DNA of 56,219 nucleotides, filler included, from Platydemus manokwari (GCA_037951405.1; 5 parts of 5 records of this genome joined end to end with filler, not necessarily neighbours in it), one strand, 5' to 3'. Numbered from the whole stretch's first letter, positions 16,568-30,100 are shown. Numbers and translations: made by a program. Notes: generated from the letters alone by a model not told the origin.

Positions 16568-18420
16568 ATGGAAAATTTAAACAAACGGGCATTTAAAATA
16601 ATTATTTGAAAAGCAATTCAAATTGCTGGTTGATAAAAAGTAGTGAGGGTGCTGTATTTGAGATTCAAAGAAAATGGAGTGATGGTCTAATTTTTTGCAA
16701 TTATTTTGATTACATTAAAATACGCCACAAATAAATATAAACATTTTTTAATTAACAGGTTGATTACAACGGTATAATATTTCTTACAAATGCATAGAGT
16801 AATTTAGAACGATGCCACCAATGTAAAAAGTGTTTTGATTAAAATAGAGAGTTGATTCAACAATTAAACTTTGTCTCGATTTGATATCTTAAGCATTTTT
16901 ATTTTTACCTAAACCGGGGACACAAACAGTGTTCTAGTAAATGTCCTCAGTGAACACGTCAACATTCAATGGTAAAAAATAAAACTAAATGTTTTAAACT
17001 ATTCATTAAGATACAAAATTTACCAATATCATTATTGCTTCTTATTTCCTGCCTAAAACCGAAATGGGGCAACTTTATAGGCAATAATTACAAGATAAAG
17101 AAAAAATTCATATTTCATATATTACTTAATATTTAATTGTAGATGGGTAGACTGGGATCTACCAACTATACAAATTATTATCTTTATTATTAAGGAAGTG
17201 CTGTTAACTATTCAAAGTGCTTCATCAATCTAGAAAACCGAGATATTTATACTCAAATAATAAGGGCTATTGAAATATAATTTCATTTTCGCTTTATTTA
17301 TTTTCATCTAAAATTAAATGGCTTTATAAAATTTAATTTTATATTCAAATTTTATAGAAATATAATTAAATTATAAAATCAGATCATACGCGAAAATTAA
17401 TTATAACAAAACGAGATTTAAAGACCCATTTTATAAGCTTAATCTGCTAATCATTTTGATTAATATTCGCACACATAATCACATTTTAGTCAAATAAATT
17501 TTTATGTATGTTGTGAGAAATATGACTTTACAGGGGGCTATTTCTCAGAATATGAGGAGCTTGAACATGAATAAAAAATAAATATACTACAACGTGATCC
17601 TTACACAATTACACTGTATCAGATCATATACTCATATCTGTGTTAGCTGTTTTAGTCAAAAAGGCAGTTTATAAATCAGCTAGTCTATTGATTAAGAATC
17701 ATTGGGTTTATACAATATCAACAAAACCCCACTTCATCACCAGTAGAAAATTGAGAAGGGGATTGTTATAATATTTGGCTACTGATTATACTAATATTTT
17801 TGAGATCATCATTTCAATGCAAGAGAACTCTGAGAGAACAGGGGTGGATAAAATAAAAACAATTTGAAAAATATTTCGCAAAAATTGGGTGTTCTCAACC
17901 AATAAGGGTGTTTTACCCCACCGACTTTTACCAAAAAAATATTAATTTAACCGATGCAGAGTTTAAATTTGAAATTGAAGGCCTTTAATGAAAGGTAGTT
18001 GATAACTAAAAGTTTGATTCCAAAGAATGGTTTAATAATTCGGGCATTGCACATGTACTGTGTGGCATTTTGATTTTGGCGGTGTGATTTCATTCACTCA
18101 CTTATGGTACCAGAAATTCAGAACGAAACTTCACTTATGCACAAAATGTGACTACGTCATTGACACTATACGATGGCATTCTCTGCAATTAGTATTTTAA
18201 GTTAAATAGAATTAAATTAAAGTATTATTTTTCTCTAGCTAGCCGTTGATTTTCAATCGCAAGATTTGTATTTGTCAAGCCTACATTCAGTACCGAATAT
18301 ACAACTCCAAACACATATTTGACATCCACTCTGCCGGTGGTACAGGTTACCGATGGGCCGAAATCTCAAATCAGTAAATTGAAAAAACTAATTCTTTCAC
18401 ATCCCAGAAGAAAATCTAGA
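16568..18420 (+). pseudogene. One or two intron-containing pseudogene-like remnants
   Basis: Coding-like stretches (NCWLIKSSEGAVFEIQRKWSD; KYFAKIGCSQPIRVFYPTDFY; SKEWFNNSGIAHVLCGIL) are separated by short intron-like segments and interrupted by stops. Confidence 0.25.
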
Positions 18421-18960
18421 TCAAAGTGTATTTTATTTATTGTTGGATAGTTTGTTTACAAAAGCTTTATAAATACAATAATCTTCGGTCCTACATGCCA
18501 TTGATTAGAGACACTGACGAAAGCTACAGAGTACCAGAATAAATCTATTGAATGTAATAAAACATTCTTCAGTATTCTTTAAACAATTTTGTAATTATAA
18601 TATAAATAATATTTATTCTTGAAAGTTATTATCTGCTAATATATCATTGATTGTGTATTGAAAACTCTACATAAAAGTCTATTTCATGACGATATTTAAA
18701 TAAATTAATTTAAGGCTATTTTTAACCATTCACAATATTTTGAATGATTACTGAAATAAATGTTTATAAGAATTCTAAAATTTAAAAATGTTAATAAAAT
18801 GCCCGAACAAAAGTAGTCTGCAATTTTCAACTTCATTATGGCTAAAGTGATAAAACATAAAAATAAAAATATTAATAAAATATTAATAAAATCTTTCATA
18901 TTTAAAATCGATATATTTTTCTGAATACATTAGTTTTTCTTGAAAATTATATAATTAGTT

Positions 18961-20404
18961 TTACATCAATTTACCAAACATTTTATGAAATTTTTGAAGG
19001 CCTTTCTTTTTCATCATCAATCTATTTTGATCTTCATCATCTGATATCGATTCGGGATCGACTGTATGAGCTGGACAGGTTTTGCGATTCAATCTTGCAC
19101 TAGCCTGATTATGGTAAATTGAGAAATTTTTCAACACAATCGGTACAGGCAGTTGACAAATGATAACACCGAACATCATCGTCACAGACCCTAATAGGAA
19201 TCCCAGAGTTGTCAACGGGACAAAATCACCAAATCCAACTGCTGCCATCGTTACAAAGGCCCACCACATTCCGAGATAGATATTCTTAAACGCACTTTTT
19301 TCAGTAGCGACCGAACTTTCATTGACCATCTCAACTACAAAAATCAAACTACCAAATACTGCAGTCATAATGAATAAGAGGAGAAAAATCAGTCTCAACT
19401 CGTTAGCACTAGCTCGAATTGTCAGTGTAAACGCATCCATTCCACTTCTGAGATTGGCAGTTAGTTTTAATAATCGAAAAATTCTCGGTAATTTCAATAA
19501 GAGCATATATCCTTCATAATTACCGGTTGAATGGTCTTTTGAGAAAATGTTCGACATTAGAGTCGTCGTTGTAGCTAGTAGATCAACCCAATTCAATGTA
19601 TCACTGAATAATTCCAATCTGTTCGGACAGAGAATAACTCTGAAAATCAATTCCGCTAGAAAAAATCCTGAAATTAATATTTCTAAACGTTCCAATGAAG
19701 TAATAATTTTTGTTCGACCAAGATAATGAGACACTGTCTCATTCACCGCAACATCTACTTGGACCAAATCATCGATATTCACTCTTCCGTACGGTGTGCT
19801 TCCAATAATCATTGCGAAAATGCTTAACAAGATAAATGCAGCAACTAAAAATGACACCCACTGGATCATAAAAAATATTTTAATTAATCTATCATTAGAT
19901 TTAAGAAGAGCTTACTCTAGCATAAATATTCCCAGTTCCAGTTGTCATGATTTTGTACAATTTAATTCTCAAATTTAGAAAAATTGTTTGATTAAAATCG
20001 TTAAAATCTCGACCTTTATCAAGGTCTTCAGCATGTTTTTTCAACGTATTACTAGCAGTTTTGAAACTGCGGAATTCATTCCAACAACACGGTTCCATAA
20101 ATTGTTCGCTGACACCCCAAAATTCCAGTTCTTCTTCAAACAAAGTCAGACACGTATTAGGAGGAACGTGTAGTCGACCAGTTCGATAAAAATTCAAAAT
20201 AGCATTAAAACAATTATAATCTCGATCGAAGAACGGTATTCCTTTACTAGAATGCTCTGAAAGACATGAGCCCAATTTCGTACAAATCAGTTTCGACAAG
20301 GTTTCTTTAAATAGACTGAATATTTGGCCTCCAACATTTATTTTTGTGATATCTAAGTAATCCAAATCTTCATCGCGATAGGCCCACTTTGGATACGGAG
20401 GCAT
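18961..20404 (-). CDS. Voltage-gated K+ channel subunit, Shaker superfamily, Shaw/Kv3-like (exons 20404-19916 and 19860-18961; 462 aa)
   Basis: T1 domain (INVGG, FFDRD..FNAILNFYRTGRLH, HX5CX20CC Zn motif), six TM helices, S4 KLPRIFRLLKLT, pore GMWWAFVTMAAVGFGDFVP and S6 PVP. A 55-nt phase-0 intron lies at 19915-19861, with a probable 35-nt 5'UTR intron at 20475-20441. Confidence 0.93.
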
Positions 20405-21292
20405 TTCTTAATATAAATCAAGCTTAATCATATCACTTTTCTATTTTTAAATAAATATTAAATTAATGTATTTACCTTTTTGAAAATCGTTAGTATTGTC
20501 CAAATAAAAGATTTCTAAAATCAATTCAATGGAATGACCAAAAATAAATTTAATATGCAAGCTAAAGGAAAATTATAAAATTCTCATTTCAAACGAAGAA
20601 AATTTCTTTATATTAATTGTAATTAGCTACTATTTTTGTAAATCACGAAGTGAAAAGTCACAACACCAAATCATATTTTAATTACGATTACAACAAATAA
20701 ATATTTTATAAGAATCTGATTTAAATTTTTTTCAAATTTCAATTTATTATAAATCTTCACACCCCTCTTTGTTTAAAATCTTTGATTTTCTCTGAATTCA
20801 TAATTACTTTTGTATCAAATTCTCTGGATATTTATCTATACAAAATATTCTATTTCTTCTCTACCTTATATTTTCCTTATATCATCTCAATATCTTCTTT
20901 ATATATGTCTTATATCTTCTTTATTTCTTCACTTTTTTCTCTACATTTTCTATGCTACATCGATATATCTTCTTTACATCTTTTATATATCGTCCTCCTT
21001 CTCTCCTATACTTCTTGTCATAGGCATTTTCGGAATCGAATCCAAATGAGTGGTTACCATGTTAGCCGATACAATTCTATAAAGTGCGCTTTGAAAACGA
21101 ACTGAAATGTCACGACACTGAACTTTATTTTTCAAAAATCAGATTTAAATTTTTTTTCAAACTTAAATTTATTGTAAACTCTCACATTAATATTGATCAC
21201 AATAATATTAAAATAAATTTATTTGAGAATATTGTTATCAGAGTTCAATATGAGCACAGTAAAAATTCAATTTGTTTCCTTAATATAGAATA

Positions 21293-22110
21293 TCAATTTA
21301 GAATTTTAAAATAACCGAAATGAAAAAAATAATATAGATGAACAATACAAGTATAGTAACTCAAAATACCTTTCGTCAATCTACTTGCAGCACGGAAAAC
21401 ATTTTCTCGATATCTAAGAATATTAGCTTCACGAAATGTTATTCTATTGTTTTGCAGTTCTGACATATGAACATTGATTTTTTCCTTTGTTTTGAAAAGC
21501 GAATCCCGCTTTGACTCAAAATCATTGAAGGTGGTTGACATCTGTGGAAGAAATGACATATATGGTTTTGCTTTATCTTGAATATCGATCATTTCAGAAT
21601 AATGAGGTGAACCGAATTCTCGGGTTTTATCATCAAAAGTCATTTTCTTTCGGAAACTACCTTGTACGAGTAAAAAAAATTCCCAAAACATGAATATAAA
21701 TAACGGAAGACAAAAATATCATACTTCGTGAAATGGTATGAATGGTAAGCATAACATCTTCTGCTTTAATTCTATTTAAAGGTTTATCTGATAAAAAATG
21801 GAACACAATCAATTACGAAATAAATGAGCGTATATTTCTTACATGAACTGATGTCTCTTTTTGTTTCCTTTGGAATAATTCGTGGGGGTGTAACGGGCGC
21901 TCTAACCACTTGTTTTTTTTTCTTTAGCTTTTCATTTGCTAATCCAGATGCGAATGAAAATAATTTATTCGACAAATGGCTATCGGATTGTCTTTTCGTT
22001 AATAATGATGGAATAATTGGAGAATGACGATGTCGAACACTGGCTCGCCGTTTGGAGTTATATGGTAGTTGGCTTTTACTAGTAATATGGGGTTTACCAA
22101 CAAGGATCAT
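21293..22110 (-). CDS. Unknown basic, low-complexity protein (exons 22110-21843, 21787-21725, 21660-about 21293); ends uncertain
   Basis: Two GT-AG introns (55 and 64 nt) join two track ORFs in frame through a 63-nt exon (YKPLNRIKAEDVMLTIHTISR). No domain recognised. Confidence 0.55.
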
Positions 22111-23314
22111 TGAATTAGATTATAAGAGCATTTCATCGATTAGATATAATTTTAATAATAGATTAAATAATTGACGTTAATTCAATGTTTGACCTTTAAT
22201 AAGTTTATATTTCATAAAATCCTACAAAATATGAGACTTCATATACTCTAATGATTGATTTGATGGTTTTCAAATTTGGTCCACTGAAAGTAAAGTGATT
22301 AGAATCGAGAAGTGTAAGTGAGAAATGAAAGTGGCAGTGTTGGTAATGTCAAACAATTTTACCTGCTAATTTAAAAATTATTTATGATGATATCCTTTTA
22401 AAAAATAATTCCATTGCATCTTAAATATTTGTTTTCATTCATAAAAACTGACATTTATTGAAAGCACGGCATTATTTGCTTCGATAATATGACAAATCAG
22501 AAGGGGAAATGCATAGCTTCAAACATCAAATGGTCTTGCGCTCAACGGCAGTTCCATGACGGAACAAATAAAGCAAAACAATGACTGAGGAATTCCGAGA
22601 CAAAACCAAACGGCGACACGAAGAACCAAGTAACTTCGATGAATCCGAAAATCAATTAATCTCGTGATTTTTGGGTAATTCACAATACAGATTAAAGGTG
22701 GAATTTCTTACATTTATATAGGCATGCAAAATATAAATTGTGCAAATTTTAAAATCACATGTCATTATATACATATGCAAAACAAGATCTGAACTCAATG
22801 AAAAAAATCCAAAAGAATGACTAACACTGAATGAAAGAACAAAATGTTTGTTAACCAGTGTAATTATAACTTGTTGATAGAAAATAAATGCAAATTTTTA
22901 GGGAATCTCATCACTTTGTTTAGCGTTAAAAGATGTGGATATCTCTTGGTCCATCTTTGATCTATTTTAAAAATAGTCATTTTATTTAAAATTTTGAAGC
23001 TCAAATTTATATAATTTTTGATTTTAAATTATTAACACATTGACAGACACTTGCGTCTAGAACCGTCAAAGCGAAGTTCACTATGTGGCATGACGGCAAT
23101 AGCCTTCTAAAACGAAACGGTGTTTTTTGGACAATGCGGCTATAGCGGCACAAATATGCATTTACCGGTGTACAAATAGACGACTAGTGTCATGTTTTGG
23201 AAACAATTCTGTCGGTTGACATTTGTTTTCCACATATTACACGACTTGCAGCTTAAGTACGCACATATAGTGTTAAATTTCGAACTTCATTTGTTCCTAC
23301 TGTCTTTCAATGTT

Positions 23315-23347
<33 letters not shown>

Positions 23348-23760
23348 TATAATCATATTAATAATTATTATTAATAAAAAAATTGTGAAACCATCATAAT
23401 GAGTGATAAAAAACGATTTTGTATTTCAGATTTGTTGTTATGAAATCGCTATTATTCTTCCAGTTTAAATATTTATTTTTTAATATTATATCCAATGAAA
23501 AATTAAATTTATTGAACATTACGTTCTAAGCTAAATTAGCATTATTGTAAAAATTAAGTTGAAATTTTACCTTTAATCAAATAACTTTCATATTTTTTAT
23601 GAATTTAATAAGTCTCATGTAGTATCACAATATAACTTGATGAGAGTCACGATGAAAAATAGTTTTATAACTTAACCAAATACTTTTTTATTATATTTTT
23701 ATAAATATATTCAAAAAAATGTAATAATCCATACAAACACACACACACATGTATATAAAC

Positions 23761-24207
23761 CATGGGATTCATAAGTCTCCGTCTCTAAAACTAAAATAAA
23801 ACAACAAAACACAATTTGTACTCACATATTTTTACTCATTGATACTAATTATTATTTACTGATTAATGTACTTTATTTCTTATTTCTTATTAATCAGCTG
23901 CTAATAGTGTTTATAGTTTGCCATGCAATAGTGTACTAGAGTAATGCCAAAGCTTGCCAAGAATTTCAACATTTCAATCGTGCACCACCACCTAGGACAA
24001 CAGTGCAATACTGGAAACAAAAATTTGAAGAAACAGTAAACTTATCCACTAGGTTGCGATCAGGAAGACCGTCTGATGAAATCGTGAAGGAAAGGTGGTA
24101 AATTTTGTAAAAGAGAATGATGGCACAAATCAACGAAATAGCTTATTATTTAGTTTATTCTTAATGTTGTTTTATTTTAGTTTTAGAGACGAAGACTTAT
24201 GAATCAC
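23761..24207 (+). mobile_element. Internally deleted Tc1/mariner element
   Basis: About 41-bp TIRs: GATTCATAAGTCTCCGTCTCTAAAACTAAAATAAAACAACA (23766-23806) and its reverse complement at 24165-24205, with 1 mismatch. Encloses the transposase HTH fragment PPPRTTVQYWKQKFEETVNLSTRLRSGRP. Confidence 0.85.
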
Positions 24208-24307
24208 NNNNNNNNNNNNNNNNNNNNNNNNNNNNNNNNNNNNNNNNNNNNTTAATTAATTAANNNNNNNNNNNNNNNNNNNNNNNNNNNNNNNNNNNNN
24301 NNNNNNN
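24208..24307. other. Artificial contig spacer
   Basis: N44-TTAATTAATTAA-N44. Confidence 0.97.
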
Positions 24308-24502
24308 CTACCACAAGAATCTACCCGTCGGAAATTTTAGGACGATATAAGAGTGATGAATAATGTTTTTTTTTTAAATCAAGGGTTATTCACTGTGGGG
24401 TAAAACTGTGTACACAAGAACAATTCAACCCCAATATAGACTTCGCAGGAATTCCATACTGCTACAGTTTAAAAAAAATCGTTTTAAAATAAATAAAAAG
24501 GG

Positions 24503-24511
<9 letters not shown>

Positions 24512-24550
<39 letters not shown>

Positions 24551-24565
24551 TTGTTTGTTTGTTTT
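24512..24565. repeat. Compound microsatellite (TA)n(TG)n(TTTG)n
   Basis: Read directly from the sequence. Confidence 0.85.
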
Positions 24566-24732
24566 ACTCGATATATAGTAAAACATAAAATGAAAGCCGA
24601 ACAATAAATTCAAATTTATTTTTATTCTATTTTCATTGGCTAATAAATTAAATCAAATTCGTTTATCTTATATATTATTATGGGGTTACAAAATTTCATT
24701 TCATTTTTTAGTTTCATTTCACTGTATTCCAA

Positions 24733-25689
24733 ATGCGACAATTATTATTACACTTCAAAATATGTCTCATAAATCTATTGTGTATATCATCACATATTGA
24801 CGCTAATGACGGTAATGTGGTTGTATTGATTTTTAAAAATAAATATTTTTCAGTTAAATTGCTATCAAGAAAACGACCAACATTTTCTGCCAATAACTAC
24901 AATAAACATTTCACACCTGACAAAGCTGTTGACGGAAATACAAGTGGGCAGATGTATGGGGGTAAATATATTCATTGTTGAGTAGTTTTGATATCATATT
25001 TAGGGTCGTGTTACCATAGTAAAGCAAACAATTCTACTAAGTGGTGGATGGTCATGCTCGATATTGTTTCAATTATTACAAAGGTGAAAATTTATAATCG
25101 ATTAGACAGTCATAGTTGGTCTTCTATTTAATCAATATTTCTTTTATTGACATTTCTTTGAAGCTTATCGTACGGAGCAGCTTTCGTTTTATGGAAGTTA
25201 TGATGGTAATTCAAATTTCTCAATGAACTCTTCAAGATTTTACAAAATTGGATTCTTCAAAAATTTAACGAATAAAACGGAAAACATGATAGAAATTAAA
25301 TTTAATAGATTTGTAATGTTTTATGATTAATTTTTATAAACAATAATGATAGTCAGGCATCGAGAACATTTATCATTTCAAAACCTGTTAAAGAAGAAGC
25401 AATCAATATTTGTGAAGTTGAAGTATACGGATATAATTTTGTCAAATTGAATTCAATGAACTGTAAATTTACTAAATCAATCATAATAATTGATTATATT
25501 ATTTTAGATCGTTTGATTGGATCGTTTGAAGATTATGGAAATGTGACCCACTTTTCGGAAAGGCTAGTTCATTCAAATAGTGAATGTGGAATACTATGTT
25601 TAGAAGTTTCCAGATGCATATCATTTTCTGTTGATATCGGAAAAGTGTGTGTTCTTCACGATCACGCCAGTGGAGATTATTTTATATGA
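24733..25689 (+). CDS. Secreted F-type lectin (fucolectin/F5-8C) + C-terminal PAN/Apple domain, copy 1 (exons 24733-24811, 24854-24961, 25004-25114, 25164-25312, 25357-25462, 25508-25689; 244 aa)
   Basis: Signal peptide, AVDGN, CYHS..WWMV..IYNRLDSHTYR (H..RxDx4R fucose motif), ICEVEVYG, then ECGILCLEVSRCISFSV..CVLH (PAN). Introns are 42, 42, 49, 44 and 45 nt, all GT-AG. Confidence 0.88.
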
Positions 25690-26289
25690 ATATCCAATGA
25701 TAACATGTTAAACATCGAACGTTAAGATTCTTCGATCACATTTTCTAACATAATGGATTATAGTAAATTATATTTATTAATGACAATATTTAAAAATAAC
25801 CTTCATTTGTTCTCTTTTATTTATTATTTTCATCTGATTATTTTCATTTTGTTAAAATATTTATATAATTCCTGTTTCTTAATTTTCGTTGATAGATTAC
25901 ATGCTTTTTTGAAACTCTATGTTTTCTTTATTTATTTATGTTTAATTTGCTATATGTTTTATTAAATTTATATTTTAATATATGTTATACATATGCGCGT
26001 CGGTGTGTTTGTGTGTGATAATTTATATATGTCATTTAAATAAATCTATTTCTCTTGATTTTATTCTCCAGATATTATAATAACTCATAATATGTTGATC
26101 TTCAGAAATTTAGAAACGATTTCGATGTTAAATTCTAAAATGAATTCTTATTCCGTCTCATCTATTAAACAAATAAAAGATTTAGCATCTAGTTTTATAA
26201 ATCCAAATTATTTATTATTATAATTAATCATTTCATAATATTTCAAAATAAAACTGTCGTACTGAGACGGCCCAATACTTATTTAATTT

Positions 26290-26355
26290 GATCAATTCCA
26301 TATACTGGAATATTCACATGGGTCGGAATTAGTCGAATATCTACTTTTAAAGACT
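26290..26355 (-). mobile_element. Retroelement RNase H relic
   Basis: LKVDIRLIPTHVNIPVYG resembles WVPxHxGIxGNE. The surrounding sequence is degraded. Confidence 0.35.
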
Positions 26356-26987
26356 AATTCTGTTCCTTAATAATTTAGTTTTAATTTCTGGTTTCGTTCT
26401 TCTGGTCCTCTGAATTTATGTCTACAAATTTCTTTATTTAGAGAATTTAAACTTTAAAATTAAATTTTCCCAAATGATATTCAGTAAATAGTCTTCGGCT
26501 TTAAACATTTTTGAACCACCGCCTTTATAATCAAAACCATTAGATTTTGTACTTTCCATAATTTTAATTTAATCTCTAGTGTATTTATTCTTTTAATGGG
26601 TTTGTTCATATTGGTACTGAATTATGTCCTGTTTTAATTTATTTTGATTTTGAATTTCTTTATTACAAACTTCAAATAAATCTTTTTTATGAGAGCTTAG
26701 AATATTTATAATCTAAAAAATTGGAGTTTGTTAGAAATCAAAATTATTTAAAATTTAAAAAAACATAAAAGAATTACTTCAACTTTTCAAGAAAATAAGG
26801 AATAATGGGTACTTATTAGAAAAAAAGGAAGACATAATAATTATAATTGTAATTATCTACCATAAGATTTCTATGATCTACCAATAAAATAATTCAAATC
26901 CCATTTTTTATATAAATAAAAAGAAAATTGGTTAAGATTTTATATGTTCTAAATTATTCAGTAATTCTCTGAAAAAAGTCGAATTTA

Positions 26988-27140
26988 AATTTATGAGTAA
27001 ATACAAGCGACTAGAGGATATAAACATGTTTGATACTTCGTGAATTATTAAAAATGTACCAATTTATGAGTAAATATACAAGCGACTAGAGGGTATAAAC
27101 ATTTTTGATACCTGGTGAATTATTAAAAATGTACCAATTT
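26988..27140. repeat. Tandem duplication, about 73-75 bp unit x2
   Basis: aatttatgagtaaatacaagcgactagagg...gtgaattattaaaaatgtaccaattt occurs twice. Confidence 0.9.
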
Positions 27141-30100
27141 TAAAATTTCTTTCTATACATGGTAATTTCCCTGAATTGATATTTCCAATTAAAGTATGTA
27201 ATTCAAAAAAATTATTAAAACAAAATGTATTGTTTGATCACTAAAATTTAATTAGTTATTAATAAAAGTTGAAGTTATATTTTAAACCTAAATAAATTAG
27301 CTAATTAATACCAAATATTTAATTTGCTGAGCATATTTTTTTAATAAATTTAATGAAATTATAATAAAATAGAATTAAATATTTTCAATAGTTTCTGTTG
27401 ATTTGGTGCATAAATTCGTACAGTTTTTATTGTTGTAAAGTAAATAAACCTTTTCTTGTTTAAACTGATTTGAGTTATATTCATTAAGCTGAATTATTTA
27501 ATATATTAACCATTCAAATTATTACAAAGGTAAGCCTTATAATTCAGAAAATATGGTATTCATTCCAATCATTTCTAAAATACTTTACTTTTAATAATTC
27601 AGCATTAAATAATTGGTTATAGATATAAATATTAAAATAATAATTAATCTACTTACAACAAAAAGTAGATAATTTCTTTTAAAAAATTTTTTATATATAA
27701 ACATTTTTTATTATATGAATTTTAATTTTAATAAAAAAATTGAGTATTTATTAAACCAATTTAGGTTATACATTCAAAACTAGTTGGATGTTTAAATTTC
27801 AAGTCGAACAACATTTATATAGAGATTTCGACATAGCATTTCTGTATAAATCAGAAGAATATTGTCTTTAAATTCTAGTTATTGGCTCATAATAAATTAT
27901 AAATTATCTATTAGCGTGTTTATTGATTATATCTGTTTGACCTAACTTTTCTTAATTGGTTTTCAATCAAATAATTAATTTTTTATTTTTATTTATTTTA
28001 TTTACTCATCAGTTACCAAGGAGACCAATTTCATTTTATCTAGGTAATTGTCGATTCTCAATTATAACCATTTAAATTCAAATTTTTGAAATCACATTTT
28101 TAAAATCTGGACAGAAATTGATGAAATCAGTTTATAATAGGATATTAGCGATTTTAATCAATAAATATATGATGATTTGTTAAACTAAAATGGTAGTGGG
28201 CGGAACATACCATAATAGGAAGATATAAAAATAAATATTTTATAAATAAATGTATTAGCAGGTAATAATTATAATAAATTTTTCCCAAAGAATTTTCTAA
28301 TAAATTTTACAAATAATGATAATTATGGCTTTTCGATCAATTATATCCAGCATAAAACATGACGATATGTAATTATATAGAAAGTATTAATGGATTGAAC
28401 ATCGAGAGATTAACATTTCCAACATTAATTAATGAAATTTAAAAGCTCAAACGAACCAATAAATTCAAGATATGTGTTCATAGTGTAAAAGAATTTTATA
28501 TTTAAAATTCAAGAGTTTTATGAATAGAAAAATGAAAGACAAATCAAGACTAGATCAAAAATCATATATGGTTGACAAACGATGTAACAATTTTGTGGAT
28601 AAAAATAGTTTTGGTAAATTATTAAAGAATAAGCGGAAAAGATGGAAAAAAATATACCAAAGTTAGTTATGCTAAATGCCCATGATATATTATAGTTTCA
28701 AAATTATAACGATCGAATAACAATTCATTCATAATAGTGAATGATAATGAATGATTTGATACCGAAAAAATGAGTCAAAAAGCAAAAAACCAAAATTATA
28801 TTTATTCAAGTACCTCAATAGATTTACTTAAAAATTGACCTCAAGGTATTCAGATCAAATAAAAAATTTAAAAAATGTTTAAAAATGAAAATTTATGAAA
28901 AGAAAATATATCTTAATAATTTATATTGATTATTGACAAGGTAAAAATGGATTTAAAAGAGAAGTAATTGCAAAATTTGATATAGGTATATCAGACTCAG
29001 ATGAGATTGATTTTAATATATCATCGGACTTAAAACAAACGAATTTTTGAAAAAAGGTTATCAGGACATTTGAATACGGTTATAATAATGAATGTTTATT
29101 TAACGATCATGGTGATTTTTGAGAAATTATAAAGATATAACATGGTACACAAGTTTCAAAAACAAATAAATTAGTTTTAAAAAATTTCGATCGAAACAGA
29201 TTCATTCGTATGGCTGGGTTTTATACAAGACTAGTTGGATATATACCGAGGTATATTTCCTGTTTGGGTTTACCGTAACGAATGTATCGAACATACCTTT
29301 GATTATTCTGATTTTCTAATTTGAGCGATTCTACTTTAAATGTTTGATTTTTTAATAAGTTTAAATCAACTTCACTTCGTTTTTTCATCCTTCAATTATT
29401 TATAGTCACAGTAAAAATAAGATCGTGTGGCGAGAAATGAATGTCGATTTATAAAAATCGAAAAGAACAATATCCATCTGAGAACTTATAAAATGAGATA
29501 TATAGATTAATCAATCAAATCAATATTATTTATTAAATAAAATCGAATTATAAAATTATTTTAATTGATTTCTAAAAATCTCAGTTGAAATTGATTGCAA
29601 CGATTTATCAATATTTTATGAAGGATAAATTGAAGGTTTCAAATTGTATTTTTGTTAACACATACTGATCAGTACGTGGCACGTGCTTCTACAAACATCT
29701 CAAAAATCAATAAAGAAAATCTGGCTTCCATCTGGCAATTGGACATATTTACATCTTTATTATTGGGTTTTGTGTGCAATTTTGTATCAGGTTTTTAACA
29801 CATTTGATTTTGTATTTGATTTCTCAAGTTTTTGTTGCAGTTGTTGGTTGGTGAATTTAAAGGATTGATTAATACCCATGTGTTACCAGTAGTTATGTAA
29901 AATTTTCAATTATCATTTTCCATATAAGTTAGCAGAGATGAGTTGATTACAATGTTGGTATTGATGTATGAACATGCAAATACCAAAAGTGCTATAAAAT
30001 AAGTCCAATGTTTAAAATCTATTTCCTGTTTTACAAGATTTTGTCTCTACTCAACATTGTCAATAAAAATATATTTTCCTTTGCATAGGTAATTATTTGA

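Noticed and set aside
10358-18420. Stop-codon reassignment to explain in-frame stops in several remnants
   Set aside because: The intact genes end at TAA or TGA and have no internal stops. The remnants mix all stop types and also have frameshifts, which fits decay.
19322-20173. Plus-strand ORFs overlapping the Kv gene (likewise the antisense ORFs over NLK, USPL1, gag and the hAT relic)
   Set aside because: They are shadow ORFs of real coding sequence on the opposite strand.
20782-21105. Hydrophobic ORFs 20782-21105 and 20810-21049
   Set aside because: These are translations of a pyrimidine-rich low-complexity tract, with no gene structure.
23032-23276. TTAA-flanked piggyBac-like MITE
   Set aside because: The inverted match is only about 7 bp (ttaacac/gtgttaa), which is insufficient.
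25430-25507. Apparent non-canonical GA-AG intron after EVY in lectin copy 1
   Set aside because: The frame stays open to a canonical GT donor at 25463, giving a normal 45-nt intron.
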